Positions 27,018 to 35,986 of a DNA stretch of 39,507 bases are shown here, one piece after another (position 1 is the first letter of the stretch; the number at the start of each line of letters is the position of its first letter). The DNA is from a virus. Lineage: Duplodnaviria; Caudoviricetes. The notes beneath the pieces are model-generated. The model ran no database searches. It had not been told where the DNA came from and saw only the letters and a list, made by a program, of their open reading frames with translations. Location: positions 1 to 39,507 of IMG/VR virus record IMGVR_UViG_3300025078_000008; one strand, 5' to 3'. Made by a program: the position numbers and the translations under genes.

Positions 27018-27674
27018 TTATCCTCTACTTCTATCAATGTTGTCAACTAGATCAATCATACGATCAACAGATTGGCGTGCTCGAGACTGAAGGTGTTGCA
27101 TAACATTATGAACTGCTTCAACCTTTTCTTGTCGAGTGTTAAAGTTAAATCGATGGGCAGGAACATCAGATAACATTTGATCAACACGATCAGTAATCAT
27201 TTCTGGTGTTTCGTTAAGCATCATACTTGAATGAACAACCTGAAAAATGTACGAAGGCCACTTCAGATTCTTTCTAGAACCTGTAAACGAACGACTCTTT
27301 GTAATAACTGTTCTTACATTAGCTTCAATGTTTGTGTTTAACATAACTTCTTCTTTTTGTGTATTAGTTTGTTGTGTATTGGTTCTAAACTTTAAACTGC
27401 GTTGTTTAATAAGATTGAGTCTCTCTTCTTCAGAATTAATCAGAACACGCTTTGTATTGTTGAATGTCATATTAAGTTGTTTATTAAATGTTTCAAAGGT
27501 TTCCTTTTTGTTTAGCTGGTAGAAACGACCGTTAGGTTGACTTCCGTTAACTTTTCTTCTTACATAACCTGAAGCATAACTTCCGTAATGTGCACCAGTA
27601 CGAGTGCATTTAAACATACGAGTTCCGTTTTTAGATTGAAGAGGAGTTGTGATTTCGATTAAGTTGTTGTTCAT
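27018..27674 (-). CDS. hypothetical protein
   Basis: Start MNNNL after AAAGGA; N-domain related to 19837..20223. Confidence 0.7.
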   Translation of the reverse strand: MNNNLIEITTPLQSKNGTRMFKCTRTGAHYGSYASGYVRRKVNGSQPNGRFYQLNKKETFETFNKQLNMTFNNTKRVLINSEEERLNLIKQRSLKFRTNTQQTNTQKEEVMLNTNIEANVRTVITKSRSFTGSRKNLKWPSYIFQVVHSSMMLNETPEMITDRVDQMLSDVPAHRFNFNTRQEKVEAVHNVMQHLQSRARQSVDRMIDLVDNIDRSRG

Positions 27675-27720
27675 ATTTAATGTCCTTTTTAAATGATTTT
27701 TTGTTTTTGCCTTGTGATAT

Positions 27721-27749
27721 ATTATAATCACGATTTTTTTTATTTACAC
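27721..27749 (-). promoter_or_regulatory. promoter GTGTAA-N17-TATAAT; -35 is Val-stop of upstream ORF
   Basis: Exact match. Confidence 0.78.
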
Positions 27750-28001
27750 ATAAGAGATAACTCTGTCTGCATATTCCTTAAATAAGTTAACATGCTTTGA
27801 TGTTGTTGCTGAATGGAAACTTCCTCCTGGAGTTGTATGATTGTATACTACTTTCTTTCCATCAACAACTTCAGCAATCAAAAGCCGATATGAATATGCT
27901 CTACCTTCGCTGCAAACTCTCAAAGTATTGTCATGATTAACTGATTCAAACTGCCAGTTGTTCCACATACTAGCAACTTCTCTATTTCTTTTTCTACTCA
28001 T
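27744..28001 (-). CDS. conserved phage hypothetical protein
   Basis: YSY.L.IA ... S.TTSKHVN motif; start MSRKRN. Confidence 0.65.
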   Translation of the reverse strand: MSRKRNREVASMWNNWQFESVNHDNTLRVCSEGRAYSYRLLIAEVVDGKKVVYNHTTPGGSFHSATTSKHVNLFKEYADRVISYV

Positions 28002-28017
28002 ATTACCTACTTTAACT

Positions 28018-28269
28018 TTATTTAATATACCTGAAAATACAGTCAGCATCTACTTCAATCATTTCACCAGTGTCTTTCTCGACAAAGTAATACCCATTGC
28101 TATTAGCCTCACTTCTAATCTTACCTGTACTTGTCGTGTCAACTACTAACTTTCCACCACTATAACACTTAACGCTAGCAGAGCTACCTAAGCTTTTTAA
28201 CTTGCCAAAATAAGCATCAGTGCAACCACTGAACAAAACTGCAGCAGCAATAATAACATACTTAATCAT
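28018..28269 (-). CDS. conserved phage lipoprotein
   Basis: LFSGC lipobox; CYSGGK...STGK...GYYF...EV.ADC. Confidence 0.75.
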   Translation of the reverse strand: MIKYVIIAAAVLFSGCTDAYFGKLKSLGSSASVKCYSGGKLVVDTTSTGKIRSEANSNGYYFVEKDTGEMIEVDADCIFRYIK

Positions 28270-28498
28270 CTGAAAATCCTCTTTCTTTTTCTGTAACATC
28301 ATCCTTCATTTCTTCATCATCTTCTCCAAAACGATATAACCAGTCATCTAGAAAATCATCGTCACTCGCTTCAAAGTAATCCTGCATGTTTTCATAAACA
28401 TATGCAACAAGATCACTCATGTTCATACCTTCGATGATGTTCTTAATGAGTTTATCTCTATTTTCGTAATTGTTTTGCGCCATGTTTTGTTTCCTCAT
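28262..28498 (-). CDS. hypothetical acidic protein
   Basis: ORF; start probably MAQNN. Confidence 0.6.
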   Translation of the reverse strand: MRKQNMAQNNYENRDKLIKNIIEGMNMSDLVAYVYENMQDYFEASDDDFLDDWLYRFGEDDEEMKDDVTEKERGFSDD

Positions 28499-28670
28499 TA
28501 CTAATTGTATATAGATTTGGCAATAAATGCAAGTAGTATTTGTGTTAAAAGATAAAAAGCTAATGATAAGCTTGTTGAAGCTGTCCTATCAAAGATAAGA
28601 AACCCACCAGCAATGGGTACAATAAATAATAAGCTGAACGGCATTGGTACAATAGTCACTTAATCAACCT

Positions 28671-28922
28671 TTATTCTGAGAACACTTTAACATCAACATC
28701 ATTCCCGTGATTATCTTCAACTTTAATCTCAATCGTTATATAACTCTCATGAACAGGATCTTTATTGAGAACCCAAGTAAAACCACTACCAACTTTAGTA
28801 GGCACGACAAAACTATCCCAATAGTCTATAAAGTCTTTGATCTCAACTTCGTTCATATTCTCTTCTGAAGAATCCCATCCACCTTTAACATAGAACTTTG
28901 TAATATAAGCTTTATAGTTCAT
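28671..28922 (-). CDS. hypothetical protein
   Basis: ORF in operon. Confidence 0.6.
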   Translation of the reverse strand: MNYKAYITKFYVKGGWDSSEENMNEVEIKDFIDYWDSFVVPTKVGSGFTWVLNKDPVHESYITIEIKVEDNHGNDVDVKVFSE

Positions 28923-28927
28923 TAGTC

Positions 28928-29170
28928 TTAATCCTCATCTTCTTCTTCTTCTTCATCATCATCACCATCATGCCACTCATTAATTGTGTCTTGCATGCTG
29001 CACATACTACCACCTAAATAACCATGATCATCATCCAAAGCAACAATTATTTGTGAATACCAATACGACTCAGCTCGAGCTCTTGCATGTGTAGGAACAA
29101 GGTCAAAGGCTTCTTCAAGTAACTCTTTAATCTGCATTTTAATTTCTTCGAATAAATATTTATCAGACAT
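28928..29170 (-). CDS. hypothetical protein with acidic tail
   Basis: TAATG coupling; RAESYW. Confidence 0.65.
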   Translation of the reverse strand: MSDKYLFEEIKMQIKELLEEAFDLVPTHARARAESYWYSQIIVALDDDHGYLGGSMCSMQDTINEWHDGDDDEEEEEDED

Positions 29171-29340
29171 TAGTTATACACCCTTCTTATTAGTTTGCGT
29201 TTACCATCTTCAGTAACACCCCAGATGGAGCCTGAATATAGATTAATCATCGATGCAGAAGTAAAAGAACTAAACCTTAAAGGCTTAAATCTTTTGCCAC
29301 CTCTCATCTTGCCTGTTACTTCGAATCTTGTAAAATACAT
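29170..29340 (-). CDS. hypothetical protein (56 aa), paralog of 30487..30657
   Basis: Not in track; MYFTRFEVTGK...INLYSGSIWGV..DGKRKLIRRVYN*. Confidence 0.75.
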   Translation of the reverse strand: MYFTRFEVTGKMRGGKRFKPLRFSSFTSASMINLYSGSIWGVTEDGKRKLIRRVYN

Positions 29341-29795
29341 TAGTTAACCTCCATTTCAATCAAATCTTTAATCAACTCAAAACCAATTAATCTGTTATTA
29401 ACCCTAACTTTTATATGTGTATACTGTGCATATAATTCTTCTTTGCCAATCTTCCACATTTCAACATCACCTATAGTTGGTTCGTTTTGGTCTTTGTTAA
29501 CATGTCTGTAAGCAATAAATTCATCATCAGAGTAATCAAAGTTTTTCTCGATGAACTCTTTAAAATTATTATATTGTGTGTAATGTATAAGAACATTTTC
29601 AACTGCAGATTTTAGCCCTATGCTTAAAAAGTCAGGATTAGTATCAAACGATCTTTCGTAAAACGATGAAGTATAATAAACTTCTTCTAGCTCTCCCTCT
29701 TCATAAGCGTCTAGTATAATAGATCTGTCACAAACGATACTTACAGTATAGTCTTCACATATTGCGGCGTTTAGTTTTTGGATTGTTGGATTCAT
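29340..29795 (-). CDS. hypothetical protein, paralog of 30659..31117
   Basis: CDR...LD.YEEGE, EPTIGD.E.WKIG.E.L..QYT. Confidence 0.8.
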   Translation of the reverse strand: MNPTIQKLNAAICEDYTVSIVCDRSIILDAYEEGELEEVYYTSSFYERSFDTNPDFLSIGLKSAVENVLIHYTQYNNFKEFIEKNFDYSDDEFIAYRHVNKDQNEPTIGDVEMWKIGKEELYAQYTHIKVRVNNRLIGFELIKDLIEMEVN

Positions 29796-29841
29796 ATATT
29801 ATATCCTTTTTGATTGAATGATTGAATGTACCTTATGGTAT

Positions 29842-29871
29842 ATTATAATATAAAATAAATCTTATTTACAC
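29842..29871 (-). promoter_or_regulatory. promoter GTGTAA-N18-TATAAT
   Basis: Exact hexamers; upstream stop abuts the -35. Confidence 0.78.
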
Positions 29872-30186
29872 TTAAGGATTACCTGGAACCCTAAACGTTA
29901 ACTTAACAAAGTCTGTTCTCCAAATCCCATCTCCACCATCAAAATAGTGATATGCATAATGACCAGAACTACCATGAACGTCTTCCCAAGTGTTAGTATA
30001 ATTCTCTATCTCATCCACTCCCTTACACGTTCTTACTAACCTACAATGATACATACCACTATTCTTCTTAGATATATACTCTTCACTCCTATGCACTATC
30101 TTCGTCTTACCAACATACTTGGATGCTGGATCCACTAACTGTTTCCTCATCCTACTATCTCGCCACTGTTCTGAAAAATGAAACAT
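29872..30186 (-). CDS. hypothetical protein, paralog of 23717..24028
   Basis: Shared motifs as above. Confidence 0.75.
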   Translation of the reverse strand: MFHFSEQWRDSRMRKQLVDPASKYVGKTKIVHRSEEYISKKNSGMYHCRLVRTCKGVDEIENYTNTWEDVHGSSGHYAYHYFDGGDGIWRTDFVKLTFRVPGNP

Positions 30187-30227
30187 GTTTTACCCTTTCA
30201 TATCTCCAACATTTGAAAATAAATATT

Positions 30228-30428
30228 TTAAACATTAGCCATTACAAGCTTGTACTTTTTTCTGTTGTTGTAAATAGTAGTATAACTAAAAAGCATATAT
30301 CTATTACCAAGAATACTTTCTGTATGCTTAATTGCATCTTCAGCAGTATCACTTTTAAATAGTATTCTTCCATTCTTACCAATCGGTTCTTGACCACTGT
30401 CTGATGACTTGTATGCATAAAACTTCAT
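30228..30428 (-). CDS. hypothetical protein, paralog of 22197..22403
   Basis: MKFYAYK. Confidence 0.65.
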   Translation of the reverse strand: MKFYAYKSSDSGQEPIGKNGRILFKSDTAEDAIKHTESILGNRYMLFSYTTIYNNRKKYKLVMANV

Positions 30429-30486
30429 ATCTTATCCCTTCAAATATGAATTATGTTTGCTGCTGTAAAAGAGAAATCACTGTTAC

Positions 30487-30657
30487 TTAATTGTATACTC
30501 TTCTTAACAAACTACGCTTACCATTTTCTTGAACACCCCAGATAGAACCCTGATAAAGATTAATCATCGCTGCAGCATTGAAACTTGAAAACGTCATCTT
30601 CTTAAACCTAGAACCATCTCTACGTTTACCTGTTACTTCAAATTTTACAAAGTTCAT
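30487..30657 (-). CDS. hypothetical protein, paralog of 29170..29340
   Basis: FEVTGK...INLYQGSIWGV..NGKR.L.RRVYN. Confidence 0.75.
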   Translation of the reverse strand: MNFVKFEVTGKRRDGSRFKKMTFSSFNAAAMINLYQGSIWGVQENGKRSLLRRVYN

Positions 30658-30658
30658 T

Positions 30659-31117
30659 TTATCTTTCCTCTTTAACGTCAAGTAAAGCTAAGACTAGATC
30701 TAAATCAATCTGTCTGTTATTAATCTTTATACCAATTCTCGTATATTGGTTGAAAAGAATTTCTTCACCAATCTTCCATAATTCTATATCACCGATTGTC
30801 GGTTCTTCATAGTTTCTATTTACTTGTTGTAAAACAATAAAATCGTAATCTGAATCATTAAAATTGTCTTTCATACATTCTTCAAGAGTATCATACTGTG
30901 TATGAATCTTTAAAAAGTCTTCAATCATCTCTTTGAGATTGTCTTTAAGATCACCTACTGTTGATTCTCGATCGACACAATAAAAAAGTTCATCATACTC
31001 TTCAGACTGCATCTCGCCTTCTTCATACCTGTCCAAGAACAACTCTCGATCACAGTCTAACGTGATTGTATACTCTTGACATATTACTTCGTTTAATTCA
31101 CGAATTACTTTATCCAT
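30659..31117 (-). CDS. hypothetical protein, paralog of 29340..29795
   Basis: Shared motifs. Confidence 0.8.
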   Translation of the reverse strand: MDKVIRELNEVICQEYTITLDCDRELFLDRYEEGEMQSEEYDELFYCVDRESTVGDLKDNLKEMIEDFLKIHTQYDTLEECMKDNFNDSDYDFIVLQQVNRNYEEPTIGDIELWKIGEEILFNQYTRIGIKINNRQIDLDLVLALLDVKEER

Positions 31118-31171
31118 ATTATTTTTCCTTTTGATTGAATAATTGATTGATTGATTGATTCCTTATAATAT

Positions 31172-31201
31172 ATTATAATATGAAGTTAATCTTATTTACA
31201 C
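31172..31201 (-). promoter_or_regulatory. promoter GTGTAA-N18-TATAAT; -35 is Val-stop of upstream ORF
   Basis: Exact hexamers. Confidence 0.78.
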
Positions 31202-31387
31202 ACATATAACAACTACACTCTTTGTATCCTCATCTTCTTCAAAAGCGATAACATTCCCACCAACAGTCATCTCCGCTTCAATCGGCATCTTATTTAACTT
31301 AACTATCTCATCATGATTTAACTCAACAAAGACTTCAGCAGTCTCATCATACTTACTCAACATCTCGATCAACTCTAATACAGACAT
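31196..31387 (-). CDS. hypothetical protein
   Basis: V.ELIE.L..Y....EV motif; single-gene cassette between two promoters. Confidence 0.65.
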   Translation of the reverse strand: MSVLELIEMLSKYDETAEVFVELNHDEIVKLNKMPIEAEMTVGGNVIAFEEDEDTKSVVVICV

Positions 31388-31440
31388 TATATTTTCCTTT
31401 TAAATGATTATTTGTTTGTTTGTTTGTTACCTTATGATAT

Positions 31441-31470
31441 ATTATACACCAAATATAATCTTATTTACAC
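31441..31470 (-). promoter_or_regulatory. promoter GTGTAA-N18-TATAAT
   Basis: Exact hexamers. Confidence 0.78.
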
Positions 31471-31482
31471 ATTAATATTATA

Positions 31483-31983
31483 TCACATATTAAACCCAAA
31501 AGTCAAAGATAATCTATGTCCAGTATGTCGGAGATCCCTATGATAATCATCTCTAATTTGATTTGAAGGTACCCAAGATAAGTTCAAAGGTAGATTCAAA
31601 TCTCCTACACTAAAGCTATACCCAACAGCAACAACTAAACCAACACCCGTTAAAGATAGATTAGGTCCAACACCTAACTCAAAACCACTCTTCGTTCTTA
31701 AACCAATTATGGAAGTTATTGATGGTAATACATATCCCTTCTCTATACCACCCGCTAAAAGCACCCACTCTACTAAGCCAGCCAACTCCTCTCCAGAAAC
31801 AAATCTTGTTTCAAATTGCCAACCATACTGCGTTATAAAACTTCCATCAATCTCCTTCGTTATCTCCCCAGGGGTAATATACGTAAACCCCAATCTAGGT
31901 CCAGATAACTCTTTAGGCTCAGCTCTCACTACTGACGCTGATAATATAATCGCTGAAACTACTAATACTATAATCTTCTTCAT
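31483..31983 (-). CDS. secreted / outer-membrane beta-barrel-like protein
   Basis: Signal peptide ending VRA; Gly/aromatic alternating strands; C-terminal LSLTFGFNM. Confidence 0.65.
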   Translation of the reverse strand: MKKIIVLVVSAIILSASVVRAEPKELSGPRLGFTYITPGEITKEIDGSFITQYGWQFETRFVSGEELAGLVEWVLLAGGIEKGYVLPSITSIIGLRTKSGFELGVGPNLSLTGVGLVVAVGYSFSVGDLNLPLNLSWVPSNQIRDDYHRDLRHTGHRLSLTFGFNM

Positions 31984-31993
31984 AAACAATCCT

Positions 31994-32263
31994 CTATTCT
32001 TCAACATGACAAATACTAGATCTTACTAGTCTCCCGTCTAAAGTTTTAAAACTCCAGATACCACCTCTATGATTTGAAGGTGATACCATATTATCAAAGT
32101 TAATGTCATAACTCTTTACTTCTCTACTACCGGGCATTTCACAATGTACTTTGTATATACTTTCTTTCCTCTTGTTATACTTCTGTTTATGCTTGATCCT
32201 CTCCTCTGAAGTTGTACACCCACAAAAGAAAATCGCTGCTGATAATAAAACAAATAACTTCAC
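31994..32263 (-). CDS. putative lipoprotein, paralog of 23437..23709
   Basis: GTG start after AAAGG; FFCGC lipobox; GIWSFKT. Confidence 0.7.
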   Translation of the reverse strand: MKLFVLLSAAIFFCGCTTSEERIKHKQKYNKRKESIYKVHCEMPGSREVKSYDINFDNMVSPSNHRGGIWSFKTLDGRLVRSSICHVEE

Positions 32264-32279
32264 AATAAACCTTTCTAAA

Positions 32280-32732
32280 TCAATAACACTCAGACCAATG
32301 CTCACCTGTCTCTTCACCCCATTGAGAACGTGAAGATAAGAGCTGCCCACTTCCATTATAATCAGCACCACACACGCTGCAAGTATTAGTAAACTTACCT
32401 AAACTCAACCAAGCATCACAACACTTAACCTGCGCTGACTCCCTGTAAAAGAATTCATTCTCATAATATCCCAGTTCATAATCTCCACTCTCTAAAACAC
32501 GTAGATAATTCTGATAACCCATATCACCCTCTTCACTCCACTCTCCCCACCCCATATCTTCAAACATCTCCTTACGCGCAGCAATATAAGATTCATGAAA
32601 AACCTCAACACCTTCAGAATAATCTCCTCCATGTACTTCAAAATCACAGATACCTTCCATACTATGACTCATATAAGATGTTCGCTGATAACGTGTTTTA
32701 GTTTGCGCTGGTACAAAATTTATGCTGCTCAT
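32280..32732 (-). CDS. hypothetical protein with C-terminal zinc ribbon
   Basis: CC...NTC..CG.DYN.SGQ.L..RSQWGEETGE. Confidence 0.65.
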   Translation of the reverse strand: MSSINFVPAQTKTRYQRTSYMSHSMEGICDFEVHGGDYSEGVEVFHESYIAARKEMFEDMGWGEWSEEGDMGYQNYLRVLESGDYELGYYENEFFYRESAQVKCCDAWLSLGKFTNTCSVCGADYNGSGQLLSSRSQWGEETGEHWSECY

Positions 32733-33073
32733 TATACTACCCTTTTATTTGTTTGTTTCTTAGTGTTGAGTTGAGGATTATACACATTAATATATTCTAT
32801 TTCTCTTTGATGAGTTTGTTTCTTACCACGTACAACTTCTATTACTTCATATCTAAAGTTCTCATAACCATATCTTCTCATTTCCTGATATAACAACCAC
32901 TTCTTACCAGATGTCTTACAACGGGATATATGCTGCTTAAAACGTAACTTCACACTACCAATAACTTTTTGATCTCTTTGCACAGTAATACCAATATACT
33001 CGTTACCTGTCTCATCATTCGTGAGCCTGTAGATTATATGATTCCTATCAGATCGTTTCTTTCTCTTTATCAT
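32732..33073 (-). CDS. GIY-YIG endonuclease (catalytic domain only)
   Basis: IIYRLTN...YIGIT, RFKQH, YG.ENF, RE...I, N motifs. Confidence 0.85.
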   Translation of the reverse strand: MIKRKKRSDRNHIIYRLTNDETGNEYIGITVQRDQKVIGSVKLRFKQHISRCKTSGKKWLLYQEMRRYGYENFRYEVIEVVRGKKQTHQREIEYINVYNPQLNTKKQTNKRVV

Positions 33074-33091
33074 ATATCCTCCTTATATAAT

Positions 33092-33121
33092 ATTATAATA
33101 CAATCAAAATCTAACTTACAC
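33092..33121 (-). promoter_or_regulatory. promoter GTGTAA-N18-TATAAT; -35 is Val-stop of upstream ORF
   Basis: Exact hexamers. Confidence 0.78.
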
Positions 33122-33310
33122 GTTAATAACCCTATAAACATAATCATTCCACTCTGAATATAATATATTCAACTGCCTAACATGACTACTCTTATTTAAA
33201 ACCAATAAATAAATAGAATTTAAATTGTCACAACGCTCTGAAACTATTAATCCATAATACTCATTATCTCTCGCTAAGATATCTCCAACTTTAAAATGCC
33301 TACTAGTCAC
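33116..33310 (-). CDS. small KVGD-type protein
   Basis: FKVGDIL...YGLIV. Confidence 0.55.
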   Translation of the reverse strand: MTSRHFKVGDILARDNEYYGLIVSERCDNLNSIYLLVLNKSSHVRQLNILYSEWNDYVYRVINV

Positions 33311-33939
33311 TTTCCTATGATTCTTTCAAACACATCTTCAAAGTTCTCATACACAACATCAGGAACGCTATCAACTAATGAATCATACGACGTAGATAAA
33401 AAACTCCAACTCCTCCCCTCTCCTATCCCACCACTTCTCCAATAACCCTGCTCATACATGTCTACAAAAAATACTATATAACTCTCACTGACATATACAT
33501 CCTGAAAATACACATACAACAAATCATTCTTTCTACCAACTTCTACAACCTCTCTAACACTTAAATCTTCAAAGCTGTCTCCAAAAAACTCTCTAACACT
33601 TTCAAACCTAACTGTTACTCCCCTACTCCTCTCTACACTACCTCTCTCTCTTAACATATACTCACACATTCTACGCATAGAAAAACTTCTATCTCCCGCA
33701 CGCCTAACTAAAGCTTTCTTCCCAAATAATTCAAAACAACTATCATCAACTCTACACTCAATCTCAATGTCCTCTCTACTTTTTCTTTCATTAAAAGCTA
33801 TTAAATCAAATTCGTAGCCATCGTCTTCATCGTCTTCATAATCATCATCATCACTATACCCTCTCGATGAATAATATCTTTCATTGTTAGGATTACACTG
33901 CATACTCCGATTATCATTAACTGTATATCTTCCCATCAC
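33307..33939 (-). CDS. hypothetical protein
   Basis: N-terminal NDNRS.Q.NPNN..Y.SSRG motif; AGGAG RBS. Confidence 0.65.
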   Translation of the reverse strand: MMGRYTVNDNRSMQCNPNNERYYSSRGYSDDDDYEDDEDDGYEFDLIAFNERKSREDIEIECRVDDSCFELFGKKALVRRAGDRSFSMRRMCEYMLRERGSVERSRGVTVRFESVREFFGDSFEDLSVREVVEVGRKNDLLYVYFQDVYVSESYIVFFVDMYEQGYWRSGGIGEGRSWSFLSTSYDSLVDSVPDVVYENFEDVFERIIGK

Positions 33940-33970
33940 ATCTCCTCTTATAAATAATTCTCTACACTCT

Positions 33971-34207
33971 TCAAATATCTACCTCTTCTAACTTCTTCTC
34001 AAGTCGCCTAATCTCAAAACCTAACTCATTAGACTCCCTCACCTCCCCCCTCCTCTCACACTCTTCTCTCCTCTTCAAAAGCTCCCTAATCTCTTTCCTC
34101 ACCCTCACACTCGGCCTCGAACCAAACGCCATCAACCACATCACACCATATACTAACAACACACTACTCAAACCTACTACTACTGCTACTACTACTTCTC
34201 TTACCAT
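33971..34207 (-). CDS. small membrane protein
   Basis: TM helix then charged coil; G-rich codons. Confidence 0.5.
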   Translation of the reverse strand: MVREVVVAVVVGLSSVLLVYGVMWLMAFGSRPSVRVRKEIRELLKRREECERRGEVRESNELGFEIRRLEKKLEEVDI

Positions 34208-34410
34208 CTCTTCTCTCCTCTTCACTCCACAATATATAAACATTAACTCCACAATAAACAACAAGTGGCCGAAAAGATCTTCTGTTAACACTTCTCACCT
34301 CGACCCATAGTAAACACCCAAAAACAAAAAAAACCAAAACAGCGTCAACGTCGTGATTCTATTATGACTCACCATACCTACCCTACACGACCAAGCTAGG
34401 GAAGCGCGCT

Positions 34411-34430
34411 GATTTTGATAATCATTATCA
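34411..34430. promoter_or_regulatory. Fur-box-like palindrome
   Basis: GATTTTGATAATCATTATC is 17/19 to GATAATGATAATCATTATC; perfect 7-1-7 TGATAAT-C-ATTATCA. Confidence 0.6.
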
Positions 34431-34502
34431 TTTACATTTTTTTCAATTCTGTCCCGGGGAAAGTAGTCAAGAAGCTGTGCTACGTGAGACAGAGTGGCCT
34501 GA

Positions 34503-34880
34503 TTAGAAAGAGCTAACGTTGTTATTTATAACCCAATCACACACGATCTCTTCTGACATATCGTATCCTTCTTCGTTAAAGAAGTTTTGGGCAATGTTTA
34601 AACCCTCGTCAAAGGTGATGGGAGCTCTTGCTTGTTCACTGCCGTTATAGACTGTGAGCGTGCCCATTAAAGAGTTATTTTTAATGATGAGGTCGAAACC
34701 CGGGACGTTGTGACGATCGTAGTTATCGTAGCAGAAGTAGCGAGTATTGTTAGTTTTATTGCTATCAATCTTTTCAGACCCTACGTACATTGTATCTGTA
34801 GGTTGTTTAGTGTCTATGCGGTTTTTTGAAACAGCGTTGATGAGTTTATTCCATTGTTTGATATTGATTAGATTATTCAT
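34503..34880 (-). CDS. hypothetical protein
   Basis: AAAGGA RBS after promoter. Confidence 0.65.
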   Translation of the reverse strand: MNNLINIKQWNKLINAVSKNRIDTKQPTDTMYVGSEKIDSNKTNNTRYFCYDNYDRHNVPGFDLIIKNNSLMGTLTVYNGSEQARAPITFDEGLNIAQNFFNEEGYDMSEEIVCDWVINNNVSSF

Positions 34881-34912
34881 TATGTAAATCCTTTGGATGG
34901 TGGTTGTGATAT

Positions 34913-34942
34913 ATTATAATAGGTGAGAGAGCAGAGTTACAC
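34913..34942 (-). promoter_or_regulatory. promoter GTGTAA-N18-TATAAT
   Basis: Exact hexamers. Confidence 0.75.
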
Positions 34943-34975
34943 ATCGGGTATTATTGTAGAGTTAATTAAAAAGTC

Positions 34976-35056
34976 GCGACTAGATCTACGCAAGAGTTGA
35001 TTAAAGCGTTTGCAGCTGTGACGAGGACGTGACGAGTGGTTATAACGTTGAATCAC
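34976..35056 (+). repeat. extended repeat including 32-bp motif copy D (35025-35056)
   Basis: GCGACTAGATCTACGCAA...AAAGCGTTTGCAG..GTGACGAGGACG shared with 36453-36533. Confidence 0.8.
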
Positions 35057-35068
35057 GTTTTTGGTTAG

Positions 35069-35302
35069 TTATAGAGAAGAAGAGAGGTAGAAGTCTTCGA
35101 GGTCTTTGTTGATATCTTCGAAGTGTTCTCTAACGTGTACACTCTTTCCGCTGTGGAAGTGAATCCAGGTTGTGCCGTTGACGTTGACGTCATCATCATC
35201 TGGGTGTTTGTTTTTGTTTTCTATGATGTGTGAGACAGCTGACATTGAGATGGTTAGAGAAGAGTCGCTATTTACGGTGACGTATGTTTGTAAGCTGTGC
35301 AT
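35069..35302 (-). CDS. hypothetical protein, paralog of 25771..25992
   Basis: WIHFHSGKSVHVR identical. Confidence 0.75.
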   Translation of the reverse strand: MHSLQTYVTVNSDSSLTISMSAVSHIIENKNKHPDDDDVNVNGTTWIHFHSGKSVHVREHFEDINKDLEDFYLSSSL

Positions 35303-35345
35303 ATTATTTATTCCGTTTCTGTTTGCTATTTTTTTAGACTCTGGG

Positions 35346-35418
35346 CCCGGGGAAAGTTAGTTCAAAGCGTTGTTAGAGGTGACGAAGACGAAGGGAGGGC
35401 GTTATGATGGTGGGGCAG
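35346..35418 (+). repeat. degenerate extended repeat copy
   Basis: CCCGGGGAAAGT (also at 34453) then TCAAAGCGTT..AGAGGTGACGAAGACG. Confidence 0.6.
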
Positions 35419-35436
35419 TATCGATGAGGGAGCGAG

Positions 35437-35691
35437 TTAGTTGACAAAGACTTCTGGGTGAGACATTAATATGCCGGAGCATAGTGTGACGTATTTGTTA
35501 GCGGAGTACATTTGTTTATGAGGTGGCATAGAGCGTGTGCTGTATAGCCAGCCTTTAGTGGGTTTGCAGTATGTTTGAACGTATTTTTGTAGAGCGTTTG
35601 TATTGCTAGTAGTTTTATTTAGAGAGAACAGTATTCCCCCTGAGATACAGACTAAGAGTATGAGTAGAGTTTCTATGATAGTTGTTTTCAT
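35437..35691 (-). CDS. hypothetical membrane-anchored protein
   Basis: N-terminal TM. Confidence 0.5.
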   Translation of the reverse strand: MKTTIIETLLILLVCISGGILFSLNKTTSNTNALQKYVQTYCKPTKGWLYSTRSMPPHKQMYSANKYVTLCSGILMSHPEVFVN

Positions 35692-35783
35692 TTATAGCAG
35701 CTTTCGAGTTTAACTGTGGGTTGTGTATTAGTGAAGAGTTTTACAATTCTGAATCGTCATCTCGTTTCTTTTTAAGTTCGTCT

Positions 35784-35827
35784 AACTTGTCGTTAGAGAA
35801 TTCGAACTTGTCGTTAGAGAATTCGAA
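35784..35827. repeat. 21-bp perfect tandem duplication inside small ORF 35741..35875 (-)
   Basis: AACTTGTCGTTAGAGAATTCG x2, encoding FEFSNDK x2. Confidence 0.85.
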
Positions 35828-35986
35828 GATGTAGCCGAAGAAGAAGCCGAGAAAGAATGTGACGAAGTGAATCATTGTTTGTCCTTGAGTAGTTTATTGC
35901 GTTGGTTGATGAGATCTTCTAGTTTACCTGTCAGGCCACGAAGTCTCTCGTTGTGTATAGCTTTGTTGAGTTGTTCTAGCGTCATG

